From Anaerolineae bacterium (lineage in GTDB: Bacteria > Chloroflexota > Anaerolineae > S140-20), in the NCBI GenBank assembly GCA_027021705.1, contig JALUTT010000171.1, forward strand, positions 15,745 through 79,744: a DNA stretch of 64,000 nt. The letters are read 5' to 3'. This document shows positions 41,260 through 50,790 of the stretch, one piece after another (position 1 is the first letter of the stretch; each line of letters opens with the position of its first letter). The position numbers and the translations under genes are program-made. The notes below the pieces were generated by a model. That model was not told the origin of the DNA. It worked only from the letters and a program-made list of their open reading frames with translations, and searched no databases.

Positions 41260-41430
41260 GAGCGCGGTCCTCAGTCCGCAGTCCACAGTCCTCAGTCCGC
41301 TGTTTGGTCGGGTGGTCACTTGGTCGCTTGGTCAAGTGGTCAGATGGTCACGTGGTCACTTGGTCCTTGCTCCTTGCCCCTTGCCTCTTGCCGCTAGGCC
41401 GCTAGGCCGCTTGATCAGCAGAGGCGGAAT

Positions 41431-41487
41431 ATGGCGGTTCTGAAGGAATCACCCTGGTACAAGCAGATTCTGGAGGAGGGCCTCCAG
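41431..41487 (+). pseudogene. Rpn internal fragment (MAVLKESPWYKQILEEGLQ) in frame with mutS2
   Basis: Matches 39684-39740 and 40879-40935 exactly at the protein level. Confidence 0.7.
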
Positions 41488-41508
41488 TTCCCTGGCGGAC
41501 AACCACCG

Positions 41509-43920
41509 ATGAACCCTAAGCACCGGACGACACTGGAGCTTCCCAAAATCCTGGAACGGCTGGCCGGCCATTGTGCCTTCTCGGCGGGCAAGGCCCTGGC
41601 CCGCTCCCTGACCCCCTCGACGGACCCGGAGGAGGTCCGCTACCGGCTGGCCGTCACCCGGGAGGCCCGGACGTTGCTGCGCACCCATCCGGGAACCTCC
41701 ATCGGCGGGGCCCGCGACGTCCGCCCTCTGCTGGAGCAGGCCCGGCGCGAGGCCACCCTCCTCCCCGGCGAACTGCTGGACGTGCGCCAGACGCTGGTGG
41801 CCGGCCGGACGCTGCGCCGCACCCTCACCCGCCTGGAGGCCGACTTCCCCCGCCTGGCCGGGATCGCCCGGCGGATCGAGCCGGTCCCCGGCCTCATCGC
41901 CGAGATCGGGCGTTGCATCAACGACGACGGCGAGGTCCGCGACGAGGCCAGCCCCGCCCTGGCCCAGGCCCGCCGGACGGTGCGGCTGGCCCACCGGCGA
42001 CTCCAGGAAAAGCTCCAGCGCATCGTCACCTCGCCCCAGACGGCCCGCTTCCTGCAGGAGCCCATCATCACCCAACGGGCGGGGCGCTACGTCATCCCCC
42101 TGCGGGCCGAGTTCAAGGGGCGCATCCCCGGCATCGTCCACGACCAGTCGGCCAGCGGGGCCACCCTCTTCATCGAGCCCCTCTCCGTCGTGGAGCTGAA
42201 CAACCGTTGGCGGGAGGCCCGGCTGACCGAGGAGCGGGAGGTCCAACGGGTGCTGGCCCGGCTGACGGCCCAGGTCGCCGAGGAGGCCGAGGCCATCCGA
42301 CGCACCGTCGAAGCGCTGGCCGAGCTGGACCTGGCCTTCGCCAAAGCCGCCTACGCCGACCTCCTGGAGGCGGAGGAGCCCCGGATGCTCGCCTTCGGCG
42401 AGGGGAAGCGCCGCCCGGTGCTCCGCCTCCGCCAGGCCCGCCACCCCCTCCTCGATCCCCAGACGGTGGTGCCCATTGACCTGGAATTGGACGAGGAGAC
42501 CTTCATCGTCGTCATCACCGGCCCCAACACCGGGGGCAAGACGGTGACGCTGAAGACGGTGGGGCTCCTGGCACTGATGGCCCAGTGCGGGCTGCACATC
42601 CCGGCGGCCCAGGAGTCCGCTCTGCCCGTCTTCCGGGCGATCTACGCCGACATCGGCGACGAGCAGTCCATCGAGCAGAGCCTTTCCACCTTCTCGGCCC
42701 ATATGACCAACATCCTGAGCTTCCTGGAGCGGGCCGACGACCGTTCGCTGGTGCTGCTGGACGAGTTGGGGGCCGGCACCGACCCGGCGGAGGGATCGGC
42801 GCTGGCCCGGGCGCTCCTGGACTACCTGCGGGCCCGGCGGGTGACGACGCTGGTGGCCACCCACTACCCGGAGCTGAAGGTCTACGCCCACGCCACGCCG
42901 GGCGTGGTCAACGCCAGCGTCGAGTTCGACCCCGAGACGCTGGCCCCCACCTACCGGCTCCGGCTGGGGCTGCCGGGCCGCTCCAACGCCTTCGCCATCG
43001 CCGCCCGCCTGGGGGCCCCGCCCGAGGTGATCGCCCAGGCCCGGCAGATGATGGCGGAGACGGACCTGCGGGCCGAGGAGATGCTGGCCGAGATCGCCCG
43101 GGCCCGACGGGAAGCCGAGGAAGCCCGCCGGGAGGCCCAGATGGCCCAGGCGGACCTCCAGGCCCAGGCGGAGGCGCTGCGCCAGCGGCTGGCGGCCATA
43201 AACGAGGAGCGCCGCCGGGTGCTCAACGAGGCCCGACAGCAGGCCCAGGCGGAGCTGGAACACCTGCGGGAAGAAGTGGCCCGGCTGCGCCGGCGGCTGC
43301 GCCAGGTCGAGCAGGTGCTTCGCTTCCGCTCCCTGGAGGGGGCAGAGCAGCCCATCGCCGAGGAGAGCCCCGCTGCCGTCCTCCAAGAGGTCGAGGCGCA
43401 CCTGGAGGCGCTGGAGCGGGCCGCCGGGCCGGAGCCGGCCCCGCCGCCCCCGGCTCCCTACCCCCAGCGCCCCATCCGACCGGGAGATACCGTCTGGGTG
43501 CCCACCCTCCAGACCACCGGCCAAGTGATGGCCCTGGAGGATGGCGAGGCGGAGGTCCAGGTGGGGCGAATGCGGGTGCGAGCCCGGGCCGACACCCTCC
43601 AGTGGCGTCCCCCGGAGCCGGCCCCGGAGGTTGAGGAGCCTCCTCGCCTGGCCCGGACCCCGGCCCCCTCCCCCGGCGTCGAACTGGACCTGCGAGGGCT
43701 GACGGTGGAGGAGGCGCTGCCCCGTCTGGACCGCTACCTGGACGCGGCAGCGCTGGCCGGCCTCCCCTGGGGGCGCATCATCCACGGGAAGGGGACGGGG
43801 CGGCTGCGCCGGGCCGTGCGCCGTATGCTGGCCGATCACCCCCTCGTCCAGCGCTACGAGCCGGGGCGGGAGAACGAGGGGGGAGACGGGGTGACCATCG
43901 TGCACCTAGCGTCTTCGTGA
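41509..43920 (+). CDS. mutS2: Endonuclease MutS2
   Basis: HDQSASGATLFIEP, GPNTGGKT, QSLSTFS, DELGAGTDP and Smr domain IIHGKGTG. Confidence 0.95.
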   Translation: MNPKHRTTLELPKILERLAGHCAFSAGKALARSLTPSTDPEEVRYRLAVTREARTLLRTHPGTSIGGARDVRPLLEQARREATLLPGELLDVRQTLVAGRTLRRTLTRLEADFPRLAGIARRIEPVPGLIAEIGRCINDDGEVRDEASPALAQARRTVRLAHRRLQEKLQRIVTSPQTARFLQEPIITQRAGRYVIPLRAEFKGRIPGIVHDQSASGATLFIEPLSVVELNNRWREARLTEEREVQRVLARLTAQVAEEAEAIRRTVEALAELDLAFAKAAYADLLEAEEPRMLAFGEGKRRPVLRLRQARHPLLDPQTVVPIDLELDEETFIVVITGPNTGGKTVTLKTVGLLALMAQCGLHIPAAQESALPVFRAIYADIGDEQSIEQSLSTFSAHMTNILSFLERADDRSLVLLDELGAGTDPAEGSALARALLDYLRARRVTTLVATHYPELKVYAHATPGVVNASVEFDPETLAPTYRLRLGLPGRSNAFAIAARLGAPPEVIAQARQMMAETDLRAEEMLAEIARARREAEEARREAQMAQADLQAQAEALRQRLAAINEERRRVLNEARQQAQAELEHLREEVARLRRRLRQVEQVLRFRSLEGAEQPIAEESPAAVLQEVEAHLEALERAAGPEPAPPPPAPYPQRPIRPGDTVWVPTLQTTGQVMALEDGEAEVQVGRMRVRARADTLQWRPPEPAPEVEEPPRLARTPAPSPGVELDLRGLTVEEALPRLDRYLDAAALAGLPWGRIIHGKGTGRLRRAVRRMLADHPLVQRYEPGRENEGGDGVTIVHLASS

Positions 43921-43986
43921 GCTCAATCCCGAGCGGCGCGATTCGATCCGGTTTTTGGACAAATTTGGGGAATCTGGAAAACGTAA

Positions 43987-44214
43987 ATGACGTTGCTGGA
44001 CGCGCTCAGGGAGCGAGCCAAAGAAGAAGAGCTTCCTCTGAGGGTCATCCTGAAAGAGGTCCTTCAGGTCTACGCTCTGGCTGCCATCTACGGTCAACCG
44101 GCGTCGGACCAGATCGTCTTCCAGGGTGGAACCTGCCTACGGCTCGTCTACGGGGGACCGCGCTACTCGGAAGACGTGGACTTCGTGACGAAGCTGGAGG
44201 AAGCCGTGCCGTGA
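43987..44214 (+). pseudogene. Truncated AbiEii-type nucleotidyltransferase toxin
   Basis: FQGGTCLRLVYGGPRYSEDVDF motif, but only 75 aa. Confidence 0.8.
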
Positions 44215-44828
44215 GCCGCTACTACACCGTGGATCGCTGGATCGCCCTCCTGCAGGACCTGGCGCGGCAAGGGCAGGACTTCCTCACCCTGCCGAGCCTC
44301 CAGCGCCTCACCGGGCTTCGGGAAGCGGCGGTGCGCAAGGCGGTGCTCCGGCTGGAGAAGAAGGGGTACCTGGTGCGGGTGGGGCGCAACCTGTACGCCA
44401 ATCGCCTGGGGCATCCTTCCCTGGAGGCCCTGGCGATGATCCTGGGCGTGCCCTGCTACGTTTCCTTTGAGAGCGCCCTGGAACGGCACGGCCTGCTCTC
44501 CCAAATGCCCTTGGTCCTCACCTGCGCGTCCACCTCTCAATCGGGGTGGCGTCGGACCCCGCTGGGCGAGATCCGGTTCCATCGCGTGCAACCGGCCCTC
44601 TTCTTCGGCTACCGGGCGGAGCAGGGCATCCTCTGGGCAGAGCCGGAGAAGGCCCTGCTGGACTGGCTCTACATCCACCGCAAGCTGTACGGCGCGACGC
44701 CATCCCTGGACGAGTTGGCCTGGGACGCCTTAGACATCGAGCGGTTGCAGGAGTGGGCAGGCCGTTACCCCCGCCCCGTCAGGATGGCCCTGGCGGGGAC
44801 CCTCCCGCAGGTTCCCTCCACGGCCTGA
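44211..44828 (+). CDS. AbiEi-type (type IV TA) antitoxin
   Basis: GTG start with GGAGG RBS. wHTH followed by YVSFESALERHGL and AEPEKALLD. Confidence 0.8.
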   Translation: MSRYYTVDRWIALLQDLARQGQDFLTLPSLQRLTGLREAAVRKAVLRLEKKGYLVRVGRNLYANRLGHPSLEALAMILGVPCYVSFESALERHGLLSQMPLVLTCASTSQSGWRRTPLGEIRFHRVQPALFFGYRAEQGILWAEPEKALLDWLYIHRKLYGATPSLDELAWDALDIERLQEWAGRYPRPVRMALAGTLPQVPSTA

Positions 44829-44972
44829 GGCGCGTTGTAGGCAGCTTCCGATCGGCCGGGGCTGTCGTGGGCGCTGCGGGGCCTGCGGGAGTCCGACAGC
44901 CGAGGCCGCCGTGGGCACCGTGGAGCCCGCGGGAGGGTGGGTGAGAAAGCTACAAAGGGAGGCATTCGTCCG

Positions 44973-45236
44973 ATGATCCTCTTCACCCTGGTGGACCTAC
45001 TCTTTACCCTCTACTTCTTTGCCCTGCTGGCCCGCGTCTTCCTGCCGGTGCTGGGCCTCAGTCCCTACGATCCCGTCTATCAGTTCATCTACCGAATCAC
45101 CGAGCCGGTGCTGGCCCCCATCCGCAACGTCTTGCCCTCCACGGGGGCGGTGGACTTCAGCCCGCTGGTGGCGTCCATCCTGTTGATCGTCGTCCAGCGC
45201 ATCGTCCGTATGCTGCTGGCCTCCTTGCTCTTCTGA
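44973..45236 (+). CDS. yggT: YggT family membrane protein
   Basis: ITEPVLAPIR...DFSPLV. Confidence 0.9.
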   Translation: MILFTLVDLLFTLYFFALLARVFLPVLGLSPYDPVYQFIYRITEPVLAPIRNVLPSTGAVDFSPLVASILLIVVQRIVRMLLASLLF

Positions 45237-45245
45237 CGGTACCCG

Positions 45246-48200
45246 ATGAGCGAGAACGACCATTCGACCACGGTGCCGGCCTTCCAGCGGCCCGATGCCG
45301 TGCTCGCCCAGTTGGTGGAAACGCTGCTGGCGAAGAGCCGGCCCGAGTTGGCCGAAGCGATCCGTCTGGCAGCCATCCCCTTCTGGTTCGACCAGCCCCT
45401 TCTGACCGCCCTCCGGGGTCGGGAGGACGGCCTGGAGGGGAAGCTCCTGGCCCGTCTCCGCCGCCTCTCTTTCGTCCACGAGGAAGACGGGCGCTACACT
45501 TACAGCCAGGAGGTGCGCCACCTCCTGCTGGAGCAGTGGCAGCAGGACCGGGAGGGCTTCGTCGAGGCCCATCGGCGAGCCCTGGCCTACTTCGAGGAAT
45601 GCCTCGCCACCGCGCCACCCCGGGAGCCCGCTGCCTACGAGCGGCTGGTCCAGGCCCGCCTCTACCACCTGCTCATCGCCGACCCCCAGGCCGGCCTGCG
45701 CTTCCTACAGGAGCGCTTCCAGCAGGCCGAGGACGAGCACCGCCTGGCCGTCGCCGAGCAACTCCTGGCCATCGCCGACGAACAGCGTCCCCTTCTGAAG
45801 CCCGAAGAGCGGGCCTATGTGGACTACTTGCATGGCCGGCTCGACCAACTCTACGAACGCTGGCCCCGAAGCCGTGACCGCTTCCGCCGTATGCTGGCCC
45901 GGGGCGGGCTGCCCCCCGACCTGGAGGCCCGGATCCGCCGTGCCCTGGCCCACACCCTTGCCCAGGAGGAGCAGTGGGCGGAAGCCATCGCCTTCTACGA
46001 AGAGGCCCTGGCCACTTTCCGGCAGTTGGGGGACGAAGCGGAGGCCGCCCTCACTATGATCGGCCTGGGCAACGCCTACCTGGACCTGGCCCTCCACACC
46101 TGGGGCGGGGGTGAGCCTTTCCAGCCCGACCAGCTTCCCGCCCGGCGCATCGTCGCCCTGGTGAGCCTCTTCCCCCGACTCCCCCTCGTCCTCTACCTGA
46201 TCACCCAGTTGGGGCTGCGTCCGCTGCTCCCCGTCCTCCACCGGGTGGGCTGGGAGATGGATTGGGTGATCGTCCGCCTCTTCAGCATTGCCGCCCGCTG
46301 GTTCCACCGGGCCGCAACCCATCTCCGGCGGCTGGACGACCAGGTCGGGCTGACTCGGGTCGAGGAGAACCTGGCCCGCCTCTACCTGGCCCTCGACCAC
46401 CCCCGCCAGGCCGAGGCCATCTACCGGGCGCTCCTGGACAAAGAGGGGGTGCTCTTGGGGGAGTACCGGGCCGCCCGCGCCCGCCTGGGGCTGGCCACAG
46501 CCCTCCTCCGCCAGGGGGAGGTCGCCCAGGCCCGCGCCCTTCTGGAGCGTGTGCTCCCCATCTTCGTCGGCTACGGGCACCAGCAGCGCATTGCCCAGAC
46601 CCAGACCCTCCTGGCCCAGGTCGCCGTGCTGGAGGATCGGCCCGACCAGGCCGTCGAAGCCTATCAGGCTGCCCTGGAGGTCTGGCAACGGGTGGGGGAC
46701 CGCGTTGCCCTTACCGACACCGTTCATCAGATGGAAGCGCTCCAGGACCGGCCCGATCTCTCCGCCCAGGCGCGGGAGGCGCTGCACCGGGCCGCCCAAC
46801 AGATCACCCACCGTCGCTACCTGACCCGCTACAACCATCCCCTCCTCCAGCGCTTCCGCCAGGCTGCCCTTCTCGCCCTGGCCCTGCTCGTCTTCTTCAC
46901 CCTCTTCATCGCCGTCCGCACCGAGGCCGGCACGGAGATCGGGGCCAACGCCGTCCTGGTCAAGCCTCCTCTCCCCGCGCCTGAGGAGGAGTTCAGCCCC
47001 GTCATGCGCCTCAACCTCCAACAGCAGCTCCGCCCCACCCTCAACGCCCGGATCGCCGTTCCCATCGTCGTCGCCGCCCTCCTGGGCTACCTGGTCCTCT
47101 ACACCGCCGTGGGCCTCTTCTTCATCGTCCGCACACCGCTGAAGGCCATCCAGGCGGGGCAAGCGCGGGATGTGGTGGTGACGCCGGAGGGGATCGGGCG
47201 GGCGGGTGCCGAGTTGTTGCCCTGGGACGCCGTGACCATCCTGGTGCGCTCGGACCGCTGCCTGGTGCGCCACCCGCTGCCCTCCCTCTCCTTCTTCGCC
47301 CTCTTCGGCAAGACCCGGCATCTCCTCATCGAGGGCGTCACCCGCCACTACGAGGGGCTACAGCGGCTGGTCTGGGAGCGGCTGGCCGACCGGGTGACCG
47401 TCCACGATGTCGGCTTCTCCCTCCTGCGTAGCAAGAGCGGTTGGCTCTTCCTCGCCTCCCTGGTCTACCTGGCCCTCTTCGTGGTCCTGGCCCAGTTCGC
47501 CCCTGACCTCCTCATCGTCCACCTCCCGCTCCCCGAATCCCTGGGGCTGCCCTTCGTGCCCTACACCCTGGCCGACCTCTACGGCCTCAGCTACCTGGGG
47601 CTCGCCTTTCCCCTGGGCTGGTGGTTCGCCGTCCAGCCCCTGCGCACCCGCTGGTTGCTCCGGCCCGAGAGCCCCCTCGTCTGGGCCGTCGGCGGCGGTG
47701 GGTTCGGCCTGGCCCTCCTCTCCCTGCTCCAGTTGAACCGCTGGCGGTTTCCCCTGCCCCGGCCCGACGTGGCCGTCGGGCTCCTGGCCGCCTTCCTCGT
47801 CAGCCTCTCCGCCGCCCACATCGCCCAGGCCCGCCCTCGGTCGCCGGGGAGCACGGACGCCGCCGAAGCTCCCCACCTCTACCCGGCCCCCGTCCGGCGG
47901 GCCGCGCTCCTGGCCGCTTTTCTGGCCCTCCTCCTCATCTTCCTCTCGGTGGGACAGGAGCTGGTCAGCTACCACTACCTGGTGATGGGACGGGCCTACC
48001 AGCAATGGGCGGAGCGGGTCCAGCAGGCCAAGGAGGAGGACGAGGAGGAAAGGGAGATCACGGAGGAGGTCCGGCAGCTCTACGAGCGGGCGCTGGCCGC
48101 CTACGACCGTTCCCTAACCTGGCGGCGGACCGCCTCGACCTACAACAGCCGGGGGGCAATCCTGGCCCAACTGGGGCGCTACCAGGAGGCCGTCTCTTCT

Positions 48201-49556
48201 TACACCTTGGCTTTGGCCCTCAACCCCAAGGAGCCGATCTACTTGAGCAACGTCGGCCTGGCTTACGAGGCCCAGGCAGCCGTGGCCGAGGACCGAGGAC
48301 TGCGGGTGGTTCTCTATGATCAGGCTCTGAACGCCTACAACCAGGCCCTTCAGATGATGGAAGCCTCCCCGCTGCGGTACGCCCAGCAGTTCGTCACCCT
48401 CCGCCTGTTGCGGGGCGGCATCTACTACCAGCGGGGGCAGGACAGGACGCTGGCCGGGGACCGGGAAGGGGGGCTGGACGACTTCCGGGCCGCCCTGGAG
48501 GAGTACCAGTGGGTGGTGGACCACGCTCCTCGGCGAGCCGACGGCTACGTGGGCCGAGGATGGAGCCGCTTCTGGCTGCGGCGGCAGTACCCCGTCGAAG
48601 AGGTCGAGAAGCGGCGGGCCTTCCTGGAGCAGGCCCTCGCCGACTTCCAGCAGGCCGTCGCCCTGGACCCCAAGGCCGTCTCCGCCTACACCGGGATGGG
48701 CTGGTCCCACTACTTCCTGGCCGTCGGCTATCCCCGCTGTGAACCGGGGGATCAGGACCCGCCGGGGGCTCGGAACTACCGGCGGCACATCGAAGAGGCG
48801 ATCCAGGCCCTCAACCAGGTGATCCGCCTGGAGCCGAAGGTCGCGGTCCACTACCGGACGCGGGCCCAACTCCACTATCTGCTGCGCCACTGCGACCCCC
48901 TGTACACCTTCGAAGAGCAGATCCGGGCAGCCATCGCCGACTACGACCGGGCCCTGGCCCTGGCCCCCGACCGGGCCGACTGGTACATCCGGCGGGGCAA
49001 CCTCTACTATGCCTTGGGCCGTCAGTACTACAAAGAGGCCGCCGCCAACTACGAGCAGGCCCTGGCCTTGCAACCGGAGCAGGCCGACTGGTGGCTCACG
49101 CTGGGGAAGATCTACCGAGCCCTGGGGGAGGACTACTACGACGAGGCGATACAAGCCTTCCGGCAGGCCACCGAGCTGGACCCGGAGAACTACGGCGCCC
49201 ACCTGCTCCTGGGCTGGACGGCCTACCTGGCCGGCGACTACCGGCGCTCGGCCGAGGCCTCCGGTCGGGCTGCCGCCCTGAAGCCCGATGACCCCCGCCC
49301 CTACTTCAACCAGGGGCTGGCCTACGTGGCGATGGGGAGGCTACAGGCCGCTCGGCAGAGCTACCAGGCCGGCATCCAGGTCGCCGATCAGCTTGACCCC
49401 GCTCTCCGCCAGGCCCGCTACGAGGAGGCCATCACCGACCTGCGCCAGATCCGCGACGACCCCCGGCAGGCCGCCGAGCGGTTCATCGAGCTGTTGCAGG
49501 AGGCCCTGGAGCGCGGGGGGCAGGCGCAAGCAGCTCAGGGTGGGGAGGCCGCTTGA
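45246..49556 (+). CDS. Large membrane-embedded TPR protein (1436 aa)
   Basis: N-terminal TPR block, about 8-9 hydrophobic segments in the middle and a C-terminal TPR array. Confidence 0.85.
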   Translation: MSENDHSTTVPAFQRPDAVLAQLVETLLAKSRPELAEAIRLAAIPFWFDQPLLTALRGREDGLEGKLLARLRRLSFVHEEDGRYTYSQEVRHLLLEQWQQDREGFVEAHRRALAYFEECLATAPPREPAAYERLVQARLYHLLIADPQAGLRFLQERFQQAEDEHRLAVAEQLLAIADEQRPLLKPEERAYVDYLHGRLDQLYERWPRSRDRFRRMLARGGLPPDLEARIRRALAHTLAQEEQWAEAIAFYEEALATFRQLGDEAEAALTMIGLGNAYLDLALHTWGGGEPFQPDQLPARRIVALVSLFPRLPLVLYLITQLGLRPLLPVLHRVGWEMDWVIVRLFSIAARWFHRAATHLRRLDDQVGLTRVEENLARLYLALDHPRQAEAIYRALLDKEGVLLGEYRAARARLGLATALLRQGEVAQARALLERVLPIFVGYGHQQRIAQTQTLLAQVAVLEDRPDQAVEAYQAALEVWQRVGDRVALTDTVHQMEALQDRPDLSAQAREALHRAAQQITHRRYLTRYNHPLLQRFRQAALLALALLVFFTLFIAVRTEAGTEIGANAVLVKPPLPAPEEEFSPVMRLNLQQQLRPTLNARIAVPIVVAALLGYLVLYTAVGLFFIVRTPLKAIQAGQARDVVVTPEGIGRAGAELLPWDAVTILVRSDRCLVRHPLPSLSFFALFGKTRHLLIEGVTRHYEGLQRLVWERLADRVTVHDVGFSLLRSKSGWLFLASLVYLALFVVLAQFAPDLLIVHLPLPESLGLPFVPYTLADLYGLSYLGLAFPLGWWFAVQPLRTRWLLRPESPLVWAVGGGGFGLALLSLLQLNRWRFPLPRPDVAVGLLAAFLVSLSAAHIAQARPRSPGSTDAAEAPHLYPAPVRRAALLAAFLALLLIFLSVGQELVSYHYLVMGRAYQQWAERVQQAKEEDEEEREITEEVRQLYERALAAYDRSLTWRRTASTYNSRGAILAQLGRYQEAVSSYTLALALNPKEPIYLSNVGLAYEAQAAVAEDRGLRVVLYDQALNAYNQALQMMEASPLRYAQQFVTLRLLRGGIYYQRGQDRTLAGDREGGLDDFRAALEEYQWVVDHAPRRADGYVGRGWSRFWLRRQYPVEEVEKRRAFLEQALADFQQAVALDPKAVSAYTGMGWSHYFLAVGYPRCEPGDQDPPGARNYRRHIEEAIQALNQVIRLEPKVAVHYRTRAQLHYLLRHCDPLYTFEEQIRAAIADYDRALALAPDRADWYIRRGNLYYALGRQYYKEAAANYEQALALQPEQADWWLTLGKIYRALGEDYYDEAIQAFRQATELDPENYGAHLLLGWTAYLAGDYRRSAEASGRAAALKPDDPRPYFNQGLAYVAMGRLQAARQSYQAGIQVADQLDPALRQARYEEAITDLRQIRDDPRQAAERFIELLQEALERGGQAQAAQGGEAA

Positions 49557-49653
49557 CGTCAATTCTCAATTATGGTAACATAGGACCGGCGCGGTGGTCC
49601 GGTGGACAAGCGAGAAGTGGGTTTTGTGCTCCAACTGTGATAAGGAGGATGGT

Positions 49654-50364
49654 ATGGGGAGAAAAGTGGTTCTTATTTTGGGGATCGTCGTGCTCCTGGG
49701 GGTGGTTGTGGTCAGTGCAGGGTGCACCCGGGCCAAGTCGGCGGGACCGGTTCCTACCACGACCGCGATCGCCGGACCTCAAGCGGTTGGGGGGACACCA
49801 TCGCCAGCGGTTCCGCTCAGCGACGAAGAAGCAATGAACGCGGCGGCGACGGCGTTGGCGGCCACGCAGACGGCCGAGGCGAAGGGACCCCAGATCACCC
49901 CGACGCCCAAGAAGCCTGCGACGACGGTAGCGCCGACGCCGACGAAGAAGCCTGCGACGACACCCGCGACCAAGGTGGTGCCCACGCCTACCGTTGCCCC
50001 TACGGGCCAGGCGACGCCAAAGCCGACCGCACCGCCGGCCACGCCGCAGGTCTACGTCGTCCAGCCGGGGGACAATCTCTTCCGCATCGCGCTGCGCTTT
50101 GGGACGACGGTGGAGGCCTTAGCGGCGGCCAACAACATCGCCAATCCGGCGCTGATTTACTCAGGCCAGAAGCTGACCATCCCGGCGGGGACGACCGGGC
50201 AGCCTGCGACGGGGCCAGTGATCTACGTGGTGAAGCCGGGGGACAACCTCTTCCGCATCGCGCTGCGCTACAACCTGCTCTACACCGCGGTGGCCCGGGC
50301 CAACAACTTGTCGCCGCCGTACACCATCTATCCGGGGCAGCGGCTTGTGATCCCCTTGCCTTAG
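49654..50364 (+). CDS. Lipoprotein with two LysM domains
   Basis: Lipobox SAGC, Pro/Thr-rich linker and two YVV.PGDNLFRIA repeats. Confidence 0.92.
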   Translation: MGRKVVLILGIVVLLGVVVVSAGCTRAKSAGPVPTTTAIAGPQAVGGTPSPAVPLSDEEAMNAAATALAATQTAEAKGPQITPTPKKPATTVAPTPTKKPATTPATKVVPTPTVAPTGQATPKPTAPPATPQVYVVQPGDNLFRIALRFGTTVEALAAANNIANPALIYSGQKLTIPAGTTGQPATGPVIYVVKPGDNLFRIALRYNLLYTAVARANNLSPPYTIYPGQRLVIPLP

Positions 50365-50369
50365 CGAGG

Positions 50370-50562
50370 GCTGGTTGGGCGATCGCGTAGTCGAGTGGTC
50401 GGATAGTCGCTTGGTCGCTTGACCATAGGACTATCCGACCATCTGACTATTTGACCGCCGACGGCCGACCGCCGACAGCCGACGGCCGACCGCCGATAGC
50501 CGACCACTCGACCAAGGGACCACTCGACCACCTGACCACCCGACCATCCGACCACCTGACCG
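50370..50562. repeat. Short tandem repeat mosaic forming an imperfect inverted structure
   Basis: TGGTCG/TAGTCG units, then CCGAC(C/G)G x7 and CGACCA units. Confidence 0.7.
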
Positions 50563-50568
50563 CCCTAT

Positions 50569-50790
50569 TTGCCCCTCGTGGCACTTTGTGGTACAATCTC
50601 TGCTCGGGCCGCCCACGGGTGGCCTTATTCAACACGCCTCTGGACTGACGGGTGGTGCCGGCGACCGATGGGCGGGAGGGTTTGACAACCCTTCCCCATC
50701 GTAACCGGTATTTTTACGCTGGGAGCCGGCTCCCGCTCAGGAAGAAGGGGGCGGACGTCCAAAACCACGGATTGCGGAGGTTATTCGCTT
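50569..50790 (+). promoter_or_regulatory. rpsB promoter and structured 5' leader (probable S2 autoregulatory leader)
   Basis: TTGCCC-17-TACAAT with an extended TG. About 190 nt leader with AACAC...GGTG and hairpins. Confidence 0.55.

Noticed and set aside
44212..44214. Sec readthrough of the AbiEii TGA
   Set aside because: Not a Cys-equivalent position. The TGA overlaps the antitoxin GTG, and the downstream frame is not toxin-like.
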